This document shows, in pieces, positions 41,680 through 51,238 of a stretch of DNA of 64,000 bases; position 1 is the first letter of the stretch, and every line of letters starts with the position of its first letter. A program made the position numbers and the translations under genes. The notes under the pieces are model-generated. The model saw only the letters and a list, made by a program, of their open reading frames with translations, did no database searches and was not told the origin of the DNA. The stretch is from Terriglobales bacterium (GTDB lineage Bacteria; Acidobacteriota; Terriglobia; Terriglobales; Acidobacteriaceae): NCBI GenBank assembly GCA_035496875.1, contig DATJEH010000219.1, positions 3,791 through 67,790 on the forward strand. Direction: 5' to 3'.

Positions 41680-41735
41680 GTTCGTAAAAAGTTCGTAAAT
41701 GCCAGTGGTAGTTCGTTTACGGATTCTTTACGAAC
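41680..41735 (-). promoter_or_regulatory. candidate KdpE operator: four copies of GTTCGTAAA/TTTACGAAC
   Basis: Read in the operon direction: GTTCGTAAAGAATCCGTAAACGAAC palindrome, then TTTACGAAC-TT-TTTACGAAC direct repeat with 11-bp phasing. Lies 100-150 bp upstream of the porin start. Confidence 0.5.
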
Positions 41736-41962
41736 TCTCTATGCGGGTTTTATGAGAGCTGTAATCCCATCAGAGTAGATGGACGACGTACGTCCTAAGG
41801 ATGGTGGGTTTCGCATGAACGAGATCTTGGCAGTTGTTGCATTCCTGGTTTTGGTGGGACTGCTTGTCTCTTGAATAGTGAGGGAATCAGCGGCTCGGTG
41901 AGTCTATCTTCATGCGTAGATTCATGGGAACTCGAGGTCAACTTCGTTCCCGGCCCTCTTAT

Positions 41963-42667
41963 TTACTCCCCCGGCTCGAAGCGGTAACCGACCCATGGCT
42001 CCGTCATGATATATCCGGCAGCATGTTCCTCTATGTCGAGTTTCTTTCGCAGGTGGCCGACAAACACCCGCAGATATTCCGGTTGCTCCACGCTGTTTGC
42101 TCCCCAAACTGCCAACAGCAAGGCACGGTGTGTGATGACCTTTCCCGGGTTCCGCGCGAGATACACCATTAATTCAAATTCCTTGGGCGTGAGGTGAACA
42201 TCGTGACCTTTTACCAGGATGGTACGTTTCTCCAGGTCAATTCGAAAATCCCCAATCTCAATCGATTGCGATTCCGGCTGCTTTGCCGCGGCGGTCCTGC
42301 GAAGGCTGGCGCGCACTCGTGCCAGGAGCTCATTAATGTTAAATGGCTTAGTTACGTAGTCATCTGCCCCCGCATCCAGCGCCTCCACCTTGGTTCGCTC
42401 CTCTCCTTTGACGGAAAGAACGATAATGGGGACCTGCGACTGCTCCCGCACATGCCGGCACAGAGACAGGCCATCCATGTTGGGCATGCGCAAATCGGTA
42501 ATGATGAGATCGGGAAGCCAGTTCTTCATGGTCTGCAGAGCTTCATCCCCATCGCCGGCGGTTCGAGTGTCGTACCCCTGACTCGACAGGGTGGTCTTTA
42601 ACACGCGGGTAATCTGTGGTTCGTCGTCCACTACCAAAATACTCGCTTTGCTCACCGCCATCGGCAT
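41963..42667 (-). CDS. kdpE: OmpR-family response regulator KdpE
   Basis: ILVVDDEP ... LIITDLRMPNMDG ... winged-helix LTPKEFELMVYLARNPGKV...GYRF. Confidence 0.9.
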   Translation of the reverse strand: MPMAVSKASILVVDDEPQITRVLKTTLSSQGYDTRTAGDGDEALQTMKNWLPDLIITDLRMPNMDGLSLCRHVREQSQVPIIVLSVKGEERTKVEALDAGADDYVTKPFNINELLARVRASLRRTAAAKQPESQSIEIGDFRIDLEKRTILVKGHDVHLTPKEFELMVYLARNPGKVITHRALLLAVWGANSVEQPEYLRVFVGHLRKKLDIEEHAAGYIMTEPWVGYRFEPGE

Positions 42668-42674
42668 GGCAACC

Positions 42675-43820
42675 TCACTTCACTTCCTGCGTCACGATAT
42701 GGACATCCACCGGCGGAGCGTCCCTGAGAAATTTGTGGATAGCAGATAGGTACAAATACCGGCGCCAGCCGATCTGTGCGGACCGCCCAAACACTACTTG
42801 GGTTATATGTTTCTCGCGAACGATCTTGGCCACCTCTTGCGCCACTTTCTTGCCCCTGGTGCGAATGATTTGCGCGCCTACATCTTGTGCGAACTTGATG
42901 TTTTGTTGCAGAGAATGCTGATCCTGCGGACTCTCGTCCACGCCGATATCTACGTAGATGACGAACAGTTCGGCATCAATGCGTTGTGCCATGCGGGCGG
43001 CACGAGCGATCAGATACTGCGCCGCGGGGCTGGAACTGATGCACACCGCGATACGTTCACGGACCGCAACGCTTTTGGTCCCTCCCTCCTTTTCCAGCAA
43101 CGATTCCAGGCTGCGGTCCACGGCGCGAGTCACCTGCTGGAGAGCCAGTTCGCGCAACGCCAGCAGATTACCCGGACGGAAAAAGTGTCCCAGTGCACGT
43201 TCCGCCCGGTCGAGCGGATAAATGTCGCCCCGACGCATGCGGGTCTGCAAGGCTTCCGGCGTCAGATCCACGAGCACAATCTCGCTTACTCTCTGCATGA
43301 CCCAATCCGGCACCGTCTCGCGCACCTGAACTCCCGTGATCTGATGGATCATTGGCATTAAGCTCTCGATGTGCTGCACGTTCATGGTGGAAAGCACGTC
43401 AACGTTGGCGTCCAGCAGTTCCATCACGTCTTGGTACCGCTTGGCATGTTTGCTGCCTTCGATGTTGGTGTGCGCCAGCTCATCTACCAGGGCCACCTGC
43501 GGCTTGCGCCGCAGGATGGCCTCAATATCCATCTCATCAAAACTGGCGCCCTTGTACTCGATTTTGCGGCGCGGAATGGTCTCCAATTTTGAACCCAGCT
43601 CAGCCACTGCCTTGCGGCTGTGAGTCTCCACTAAGCCGATCACCACGTCTTCGCCCCGGCTCTTGCGGCGGATGCCCTCGCTCAACATGTTGAATGTCTT
43701 GCCTACACCTGGGGCATAGCCCAGAAACAGCTTGAAAATCCCCTGTTCCCTGTGGGGCGTCACCTCCTCCAGCCATTGTTCCGGCGTCTTGGGCATTTCG
43801 AGTAGCTCCTCCTGGATCAC
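42675..43820 (-). CDS. kdpD: KdpD N-terminal sensor module only (P-loop KdpD domain + Usp domain), no kinase
   Basis: LGYAPGVGKTFNML Walker A, VDELAHTN, Usp-like C-terminus. Ends 7 nt before kdpE. Confidence 0.85.
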   Translation of the reverse strand: MIQEELLEMPKTPEQWLEEVTPHREQGIFKLFLGYAPGVGKTFNMLSEGIRRKSRGEDVVIGLVETHSRKAVAELGSKLETIPRRKIEYKGASFDEMDIEAILRRKPQVALVDELAHTNIEGSKHAKRYQDVMELLDANVDVLSTMNVQHIESLMPMIHQITGVQVRETVPDWVMQRVSEIVLVDLTPEALQTRMRRGDIYPLDRAERALGHFFRPGNLLALRELALQQVTRAVDRSLESLLEKEGGTKSVAVRERIAVCISSSPAAQYLIARAARMAQRIDAELFVIYVDIGVDESPQDQHSLQQNIKFAQDVGAQIIRTRGKKVAQEVAKIVREKHITQVVFGRSAQIGWRRYLYLSAIHKFLRDAPPVDVHIVTQEVK

Positions 43821-43846
43821 AACCTCGAATTGCTACAATCTGCGTT

Positions 43847-45289
43847 GTGAAGCGAGCTGCTGAAAACCAGATACTACGCTTTCTCGTCGCCGCCGCCACG
43901 GTTTGCCTGATTACCGCTGTGTATTTCCGCTGGCTGCACGTCAATCCTACAACGGTTGGGTTCACGTTTTTGCTGGCTGTCCTGGTGATTTCCGCCGGCT
44001 GGGAACTTCGCTATGCCATCTTCATGGCCATTCTCGCCACTTTGGCCTACAACTACTTCTTTCTCCCTCCCCTGCTTCACCTCACAATCGCCGATCCCCA
44101 GAACTGGGTCGCCCTTCTGACATTCCTGCTTACCGCCATCATTGCCAGCCAGCTTTCTGAGCGCGCCCGCCGCAAAGCCGTGGAATCTAACCAGCGCCGG
44201 CGCGAAGTCGAACGCCTGTATGCCTTCAGTCAGCAGTTGCTGGTTTCTGAGAACGTGTTTGAGTTGCTGAACCTCGTTCCCAGGTACATTGTGGATTCCT
44301 TTGACGTCACCGGCGCTGCTATGTTTCTGGAGGGCAAACAGGAATTTTATTATCTCGATGCAGCCAGCAGATCTCTATTTCCTGCCGATCAGCTCAAAGC
44401 CATCAGTGGTCGTGGAGAGCCCGTTTTTGAACGCGAGCGCGGCCTCTGCTTTATGCCGCTTCGCATGGGCGTTCGCTCGGTGGGAAGCATCGGCCTGGCT
44501 GGCTGTGAGTTATCGCGGGAATCGCTGGAGGCCATTGGCAGCCTGACTGCGATAGCCATTGAACGCGCGAACACGGTCGAGAAATTGACGAAGGCCGAAG
44601 CGGCGCGAGAGAGTGACCGCCTCCGTTCTGTATTGCTGGACTCCATGACGCACGAATTCCGTACTCCCCTTACCTCTATCAAGGCATCGGCCGAGACACT
44701 CCTCTCGGACGCCGAGTTGGAGAAACCGGAGCGCAAGGATTTGCTCACAGTCATTAATGAGGAGAGCGACAGACTTAATCGGCTCATCGGCGAAGCAGCG
44801 GAAGTAGCGCAGTTGGATGCACATCAACTCGAACTTCACTTGCAACTGCATAACATTCGTGAGGCCGCGGAAACCGCCATCGCCAAGTTACAACACGAGC
44901 TTCAGCCCTATACCGTGCAGTCGAGCATTCCGGAGGACCTGCCTCTGGTCCGAATGGATGTTGCTCGCATCACCGAAGTACTCGTACACCTTCTCGATAA
45001 CGCCAGCAAATACTCCGCGCCAGGCACGATTATTCAGATCACCGCCGAACATCGCGATGGGGAAATTGTTACCAGCATCGCCGACCATGGACCCGGAATT
45101 GACGAGATAGAGCAACCGATGATCTTTGAGAAATTCTATCGCGGCCGGGATCAGCGCATGCTTATCCAGGGCACGGGTATGGGGCTCGCCATTGCCAAGG
45201 CCATCGTTGAACTGCACGGCGGCGCGATTGGGGTCACCAGCCAACTCGGCCGTGGGTCACTGTTTTACTTTTCTCTTCCAGTCGCCTAA
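43847..45289 (+). CDS. kdpD: KdpD C-terminal module: 4-TM (DUF4118-like) + GAF-like + histidine kinase
   Basis: GTG start. Four TM segments, H-box LDSMTHEFRTPL, LLDNASKY, DHGPGI, GTGMGLAI. Confidence 0.85.
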   Translation: MKRAAENQILRFLVAAATVCLITAVYFRWLHVNPTTVGFTFLLAVLVISAGWELRYAIFMAILATLAYNYFFLPPLLHLTIADPQNWVALLTFLLTAIIASQLSERARRKAVESNQRRREVERLYAFSQQLLVSENVFELLNLVPRYIVDSFDVTGAAMFLEGKQEFYYLDAASRSLFPADQLKAISGRGEPVFERERGLCFMPLRMGVRSVGSIGLAGCELSRESLEAIGSLTAIAIERANTVEKLTKAEAARESDRLRSVLLDSMTHEFRTPLTSIKASAETLLSDAELEKPERKDLLTVINEESDRLNRLIGEAAEVAQLDAHQLELHLQLHNIREAAETAIAKLQHELQPYTVQSSIPEDLPLVRMDVARITEVLVHLLDNASKYSAPGTIIQITAEHRDGEIVTSIADHGPGIDEIEQPMIFEKFYRGRDQRMLIQGTGMGLAIAKAIVELHGGAIGVTSQLGRGSLFYFSLPVA

Positions 45290-45474
45290 GTACTGCGCAC
45301 CCTCAACTTTCTAGCCGTATAACTCAAGTTATAACTTCACCGAGTAGAACCGGGAGGCAGTACTGTACCTGGACCAACGGGTGATTTATCGCGGTAGGTG
45401 ATGGTAGAGACCCTAAGCGGATTTTAATTATTGAATAGATAAGTTCTGGAAATGGAAGGTCTGGAAATGGAATC

Positions 45475-46446
45475 CTAGCCCTCGTCATCCGGTGGACCGG
45501 CGGCACCCGCCAGATCCTGCGGCTTGATCTTTTCGGTATTAAAGCGGGCCGCCCGCTCGCGCATGGTCTTCAGTACTTCCTCCAACTCAGGAAGTTCGCC
45601 TTTAATCCAGCGCAGCGGGTTGATGCGCGCCACCACAAAAGAACGCAGATAGGGACTGACCAGCCCCCGTTCCTTCAGCCTTTTGACCACGGCGGCTACT
45701 TTGTCCTCAAGGTCGAGCACCAGGGTTGCGTGCTTCTCGTGAACCTTGATGGCGGCGCGCAGTGGGTCATCCGTTAGCGCCTCAAGCCGCCGCAGAATAG
45801 AGTGATAAGCACCGCCGCCGAAACGCGGGCGACGCTCGTAACACACGCCCAGAGTTACCAGCGCGGCTTCGTCCAGATAAAAGGCAAACTGCGATTCCGG
45901 GCGGGAGGCGTCTTCTTCCAGCAGGCCGCGGTAGATGCGGATCACTTCCAGCGAACGTTCTTTCAGGTTGTGCGCCTTTTCGGTGTTCAGCGCCAGGATC
46001 TGCCAGGCTACCTCCGCCTCGGCCACGATTAGAGCCGCGATGGCCCTGGCGCCCAGGCGGCGCATCGCCTCCAGGCGATGACGTCCGTTGGGGGTCCAGA
46101 ACCCGGCCCCGCCTGGCGCGACCACCGCGATCACCGGATCGAGAAAATAGCCGGTCCGGTTGATGACGTCGGCCAGGCGCTTGTGATGGGCGTCGGAGAG
46201 GTCGCGCTGAAAGGGCGTAGGCTCGATGGCGCCGATGGGCAGAATGGCAAGCAACACCGGATGCCCGCCCAGCGGCTCCTTATAGATCCCCGCCACCGAG
46301 CCTCCGGCTTTCTCCACCGCTTGGGCGGCGCTGCCGGCTGCTCCTTCCAGTTTGTCCAGGCGGCACTCGCCGGCCGTCAAACCTTTGGTGCCGGGCTTGG
46401 CCTTGCGCGGACGCCGCCGCGCCGGTGCACGCTTGACCATGCCCAC
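45475..46446 (-). CDS. ParB/Srx-fold N-terminal-domain protein (stand-alone, no ParA)
   Basis: IEPTPFQRDLS ... NGRHRLEAMRRLG (ParB GxxR-type motif). Confidence 0.65.
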   Translation of the reverse strand: MGMVKRAPARRRPRKAKPGTKGLTAGECRLDKLEGAAGSAAQAVEKAGGSVAGIYKEPLGGHPVLLAILPIGAIEPTPFQRDLSDAHHKRLADVINRTGYFLDPVIAVVAPGGAGFWTPNGRHRLEAMRRLGARAIAALIVAEAEVAWQILALNTEKAHNLKERSLEVIRIYRGLLEEDASRPESQFAFYLDEAALVTLGVCYERRPRFGGGAYHSILRRLEALTDDPLRAAIKVHEKHATLVLDLEDKVAAVVKRLKERGLVSPYLRSFVVARINPLRWIKGELPELEEVLKTMRERAARFNTEKIKPQDLAGAAGPPDDEG

Positions 46447-46535
46447 GATTCTACTTGAGTGCGCAAGGCACCAGCAGATTCGCCGCCTTGGCCGCCGGCT
46501 GATATTCTCTTGTATCCCCGGCAGTGGGACCCATT

Positions 46536-48662
46536 ATGAGCGAACTTGTACAACTGACCCGGCAAGGTAGTGTCGCCATCATCACCATAAACAACCCGCC
46601 GGTAAATGCGTTAAGCCCGGGGGTCATTGAGGGCCTGGCGGAGGCATTGCGGGAGGCGCAAGCTGATGCCGGGGTCAACGCGGTGGTCGTGGTCGGCGGC
46701 GGACGCACCTTCGTGGCGGGAGCCGATATCAAAGAATTTCAGCGGATCACCTCGGGCGAGGCGCCGCGCACCGACGGCCTGCTTAGGCTGCTTCCGGCTA
46801 TCGAAAGCTGCCCCAAGCCGGTAGTGATGGCCATTCATGGCAATGCCTTTGGTGGCGGGCTGGAACTGGCGCTGGCGGGTGATTACCGTGTGGCAGCTGC
46901 GGATGCCCAGATAGGCCAGCCCGAGGTCAAGCTGGGCTTGATTCCCGGGGCGGGCGGCACCCAGCGCCTGCCGCGGCTGGCGGGAGTGGCAAAAGCGTTG
47001 GAGATGTGCGCCACCGGCAATCCCGTCCCGGCGCCGGAAGCGTTGCGGGCCGGCATTATTGACCGGCTGATTGAGGGCGATCTGCTCGCCCAGGCTGTTG
47101 CCTTTGCCCGCGAGGTCGCCGGCAAACCGGTGGCGAAGGCCCGCGATCGCGCCGGCAAGCTAGGCACGCCGGAATCTAACGCGCCTGTTTTTGCCGCGGC
47201 GCGCGAGGCCGCGAATAAGAAGCTGCGCGGCTGGAAGGCGCCGCTGGTGGCCATCGAACTGGTGGAAGCGGCCACCCACCTGCCCTTTGATGAGGGCCTG
47301 AAGCTGGAGCAAGCGCGTTTTCGCGAGTGCCTGTTTTCGGAACAATCGAAGGCGCTCATCCATGTTTTTTTTGGCGAACGCGAGGTGGCCAAGGTTCCGG
47401 ACGTGCCCAAAGATACGCCGGCCATGCCGGTAAACTCGGTGGCGGTAGTGGGCGCGGGCACCATGGGCGGCGGGATTGCGATGGTGTTCGCCAATGCCGG
47501 CATTCCGGTGTTGCTCCGGGAAGTGGACCAGGTAGCGCTGGATCGCGGCCTGGCCAGCATTCGCAAGAACTACGCCACTTCCGTCGAGCGCGGGCGATTC
47601 ACACAGCAATTCGCGGACGAACGCCTGCGCCTGATTACGCCCACCCTGAGCTTTGACGGTTTCGCCGCGGTGGACATGGTGGTGGAAGCCGTCTTCGAAG
47701 GCATGGGACTGAAGAAGGAAGTATTCACTCGGCTCGCCCGGATGTGCCGGCCGGACGCGATCCTGGCCAGCAATACTTCCACTCTCAGCATTGACGAAAT
47801 TGCCTCCGCCACCTCGCGGCCGGATACCGTGATCGGCACGCATTTCTTCAGCCCGGCCAACGTCATGCGGCTGCTGGAAATCGTGCGCGGCCAGGCCACC
47901 AGCCTGCAGACCATCGCCAGCTGCATGCAGTTGGCAAAAAAGCTGGGCAAGGTCGGCGTGCTGGTGGGCAACTGCCGCGGCTTCGTCGCCAACCGCATGT
48001 TTCATCCTTACCGCCGCGAGGCCCAGTTCCTGGTAGAGGAAGGCGCCACCGCAGAGGCCGTGGACCAGGCGCTCTACGATTTCGGCATGGCTATGGGACC
48101 GCTGGCCACCGGCGATCTCGCCGGCCTGGATGTGGGCTGGCGTATCCGCAAGGAACATCGCCATCTGGAGAAACCCGGCCTGCGCCGGCCTCTGGCCGAG
48201 GACCGTCTATGCGAGATGGGACGCTACGGGCAGAAGACCGGCGCCGGCTGGTACCGCTACGACGAAAAACGGCGCGCCCTGCCCGATCCCGAAATGAACC
48301 AGATGGTGCACAAATGGGCGGCCGAGGCCGGCATTGTCCAGCGCCAAATCCTCAACCAGGAAATCGTGGATCGCTGCGTTTACGCGCTGGTGAATGAAGG
48401 CGCGCGCATTCTGGAGGAAGGGATCGCGTTACGTGCGGTGGATATTGACATCATTTATCTCAACGGTTTCGGATTTCCCGCTTATCGAGGTGGTCCCATG
48501 TGGTACGCCGATACTGTCGGCCTGCAGAAGGTCTATGACCGCATCTGCGAGTTCCGCGATCGTCACGGCGAACTCTGGGAGCCCGCGCCATTGTTGAAGC
48601 AGTTGGCGGAAACCAGCGGAAGCTTCGCCTCGTTCAGCAGGCCGCAATCCGCTGCGGCGTAA
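46536..48662 (+). CDS. bifunctional enoyl-CoA hydratase / 3-hydroxyacyl-CoA dehydrogenase (FadB/FadJ-like)
   Basis: Crotonase FVAGADIKEF ... GGGLELALA. Rossmann VAVVGAGTMGGGIA. HFFSPANVMRLLE. Confidence 0.9.
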   Translation: MSELVQLTRQGSVAIITINNPPVNALSPGVIEGLAEALREAQADAGVNAVVVVGGGRTFVAGADIKEFQRITSGEAPRTDGLLRLLPAIESCPKPVVMAIHGNAFGGGLELALAGDYRVAAADAQIGQPEVKLGLIPGAGGTQRLPRLAGVAKALEMCATGNPVPAPEALRAGIIDRLIEGDLLAQAVAFAREVAGKPVAKARDRAGKLGTPESNAPVFAAAREAANKKLRGWKAPLVAIELVEAATHLPFDEGLKLEQARFRECLFSEQSKALIHVFFGEREVAKVPDVPKDTPAMPVNSVAVVGAGTMGGGIAMVFANAGIPVLLREVDQVALDRGLASIRKNYATSVERGRFTQQFADERLRLITPTLSFDGFAAVDMVVEAVFEGMGLKKEVFTRLARMCRPDAILASNTSTLSIDEIASATSRPDTVIGTHFFSPANVMRLLEIVRGQATSLQTIASCMQLAKKLGKVGVLVGNCRGFVANRMFHPYRREAQFLVEEGATAEAVDQALYDFGMAMGPLATGDLAGLDVGWRIRKEHRHLEKPGLRRPLAEDRLCEMGRYGQKTGAGWYRYDEKRRALPDPEMNQMVHKWAAEAGIVQRQILNQEIVDRCVYALVNEGARILEEGIALRAVDIDIIYLNGFGFPAYRGGPMWYADTVGLQKVYDRICEFRDRHGELWEPAPLLKQLAETSGSFASFSRPQSAAA

Positions 48663-48702
48663 TTGCGTAAAGCAGCTTGGCCCAGGTCCTTCCATACATT
48701 TG

Positions 48703-48731
48703 TTGACACCCCGGTTGACGTTTGTTAGAGT
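48703..48731 (+). promoter_or_regulatory. candidate sigma-70 promoter of the GAF-MFP / MFP / M50-MFP operon
   Basis: TTGACA (48703-48708), 17 nt, TAGAGT (48726-48731). Confidence 0.4.
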
Positions 48732-48820
48732 CGCGCGGCACTGGCCAGGACGCGCGGCCCATGCTCTCCGCAAGCTGCTGGGAGCTAAAGCTTTGTCCTG
48801 CCTGAACGGAGCGCCGCAAG

Positions 48821-51226
48821 ATGGCGACTCAACGCCACGGTTTTGAAATTCCTCTGGCCGACTTTGCCGCCACGCTGCTGCTGCAGCGCGAAGTGGGGCA
48901 GCGTGCGCAGCTCATCGCCGAGCAGGCAGCCCAACTTGAACCGGGCTGCGACGTAGCCGTTTATGTCATTGAGGACCAAGAAGATCCGTCTTGGACACGC
49001 AAGGGGCTGAGCGGCGACCTGGGAGCGGGCAGCGAGCAAATTGAATTCCACTCGGGAACCCTGGGCATGGTGGCCGAACTCGCGGCACCCTACCTGCTGC
49101 TGCATGGCTCCCAGCTGGCGCGCGAAGACTACGCCCACCTTGATGTCCGCCGCACCCTGGCCTCTCTAGCTTACGTTCCCCTGCTCGCCGATGGCAGCCT
49201 GGTAGGCGCCCTCGAACTGGTCGGCTACGACCGTCCGCTCTCTCATTCCCTGCTGGAGCGTGTCAGCTCTCTGGCCCAGCTTGCCGCTCCCGCCCTTGCC
49301 TCGGCCGCCGCTTACGAAAGTGAACGCAACAGCAGCCTGCAGTCCATCACCCGGGTCACGCAGATGTACGACCTGGAAAAGGTCTTCAACTCCAACCTGG
49401 AGATGAACGAACTGCTGGCTACCATCGCCGCCAAAGTGCAGGAAGTCATGAGTGTGCAGGCGGCTAACGTCTGGATGGTCGAGGGCGAGACCGTCACCCT
49501 GGTGCAGCAGGAGGGCGCGGATCCAACCGTGCAATCGGGTGCCCGGCAAGGCCCAGCCGATGGCGTAGCGGGGAAGATTTCCGATGACGGCGAACCTGTG
49601 CTGATTGATGACCCGGAGGACGCACGCCTGCGCGCCCGCAACGCCGATGTCGAAGACGGGACCGTCTTCTCTCTGCTGGCTCTGCCGCTCATGGATCGTG
49701 AGTCTCTGGTCGGCGTCATCGAGGTGGTCAATCGCCTGGACGGCCAGTCCTTCGATGAAGACGACCAGTTTGTGCTCTCCAATATCTGCGAGACCGCCAG
49801 CAACGCCCTGCACAATGCCAGCCTGCTCCAGGCGGAGCGCAAACTGGAAATCCTGCACGCGCTGGTCAAAGTCAGCGCCGAAATCACCTCCACGCTGAAC
49901 CTGGAGCGGGTTCTGCAGACCGTGGTCAACGGTCCGTCGTCGGTGGTTCCTTACGAACGCGCGGCCATCGCGCTGGAGGAACGCGGCAGGACAAAATTGC
50001 GAGCCGTTTCGGGAAAGCCGCAGGTCAATGCCGCTGACCCGGGAATGGCGAATTTGAGCGAGCTTCTGCAGTGGGCCGCGTTCTTCGAATCCGATGTTTC
50101 CGCCGCGCGCCACGGCGACGAGGTAACCACCAGCCGCGCCGAGGCGCAGGAAAAATTCCGCCATTACTTCGCGGCCAGCGGTATGCGCGGCTTCTATGCC
50201 TTGCCTTTGCGGGACGATGAGGGCGCGGTCGGCATCCTCTCCTTCGAGAGCTCCGATCCCGATTTTCTCAGCGATCCGCATCTGGAAATGATCCGCGTGC
50301 TGGGCGCCCAGGCGACGGTGGCCATCCGCAACGCTTCCCTCTACCGCGAAGTGCCTTTCATCAACGTGCTGGAGCCGCTGCTCCAGAAAAAGCAGAAATT
50401 TCTCGCCCTGGAGAAGCGGCGCCGCGCCTTGTTCCTGGCGGCCGCGGCGGTGGCGGTTGTTTTTCTTGCCGTATTTCCCTTCCCCATGCGGGTGGAGGGA
50501 GGCGCTACCGTTTCTCCTTCCCGCCTGGCCAGGATCGAGCCCGAGGTCGCGGGCGTGGTCCGCCAGGTCTACGTCCGCGAGGGGCAACACGTCGCGCGCG
50601 GCCAGGTGCTCGCCGACCTGGAAGACTGGGACTACCGCGCCGCGCTGGCCGGAGCCGAAGCCAAATACCAGACCGCGCTCTCGGAAATGAACCACGCTCT
50701 GGCCCACAACGACGGAGCCGCCGCCGGCGTGCAGCGCGTGCAGGCCAATTACTGGCAGTCAGAGGTTCAGCGCGACCAGCAGCGTCTGGAAAAAACGCAT
50801 CTGCGCTCGCCCGTGGACGGCTGGGTAACCACGCCCCACGTGCAGGACATTACCGGACGAAAGTTTGAGCCGGGGGATAACTTCGCGGAAGTGGCCGACA
50901 ATTCCACGGTGACGGTGAACGTAGCGGTGGATGAGCCTGACTTGCCGATGCTGCGCACCGGCGCCCGCGGCTGGGTGAAGCTGGACGGATTCCCGGCTCG
51001 CACATTCAAGGGAACCGTAGACATCGTCAGCCCGCAGAGCGAGATGGCGGGAGATCAACGCACCTTCTACGCCCGGGTTGAGGTTTCTAATCCCGGGAAC
51101 GTGATTCGAGCCGGCATGAGCGGGCGCGCCAAGGTGGCAGTCGGCTGGCACCCGGTGGGCTACGTTCTGTTTCGCCGGCCCGCCATATGGCTCTACAGCA
51201 AGCTCTGGTCCTGGTTCTCGTGGTGA
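48821..51226 (+). CDS. cytoplasmic multi-GAF sensor fused through one TM to an HlyD-type membrane-fusion module
   Basis: About 520 aa of repeated GAF-like units. TM RRALFLAAAAVAVVFLAVFPFPM. MFP motifs EPEVAGVVRQVYVREGQHVARGQVLADLED and LRSPVDGWVT. Confidence 0.8.
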   Translation: MATQRHGFEIPLADFAATLLLQREVGQRAQLIAEQAAQLEPGCDVAVYVIEDQEDPSWTRKGLSGDLGAGSEQIEFHSGTLGMVAELAAPYLLLHGSQLAREDYAHLDVRRTLASLAYVPLLADGSLVGALELVGYDRPLSHSLLERVSSLAQLAAPALASAAAYESERNSSLQSITRVTQMYDLEKVFNSNLEMNELLATIAAKVQEVMSVQAANVWMVEGETVTLVQQEGADPTVQSGARQGPADGVAGKISDDGEPVLIDDPEDARLRARNADVEDGTVFSLLALPLMDRESLVGVIEVVNRLDGQSFDEDDQFVLSNICETASNALHNASLLQAERKLEILHALVKVSAEITSTLNLERVLQTVVNGPSSVVPYERAAIALEERGRTKLRAVSGKPQVNAADPGMANLSELLQWAAFFESDVSAARHGDEVTTSRAEAQEKFRHYFAASGMRGFYALPLRDDEGAVGILSFESSDPDFLSDPHLEMIRVLGAQATVAIRNASLYREVPFINVLEPLLQKKQKFLALEKRRRALFLAAAAVAVVFLAVFPFPMRVEGGATVSPSRLARIEPEVAGVVRQVYVREGQHVARGQVLADLEDWDYRAALAGAEAKYQTALSEMNHALAHNDGAAAGVQRVQANYWQSEVQRDQQRLEKTHLRSPVDGWVTTPHVQDITGRKFEPGDNFAEVADNSTVTVNVAVDEPDLPMLRTGARGWVKLDGFPARTFKGTVDIVSPQSEMAGDQRTFYARVEVSNPGNVIRAGMSGRAKVAVGWHPVGYVLFRRPAIWLYSKLWSWFSW

Positions 51227-51238
51227 GGAGGAGTAAAG

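Noticed and set aside
41815-41874. 19-codon hydrophobic ORF MNEILAVVAFLVLVGLLVS on the plus strand between kdpE and the KdpE boxes.
   Set aside because: SD spacing is poor (14 nt). It points toward the 3' end of kdpE and has no terminator. Probably fortuitous.
48761-48805. 14-codon ORF MLSASCWELKLCPA in the leader of the GAF-MFP operon, considered as a possible precursor peptide.
   Set aside because: It has no SD, is very short, and its composition is consistent with chance in a GC-rich leader. Worth a look only if it proves conserved.
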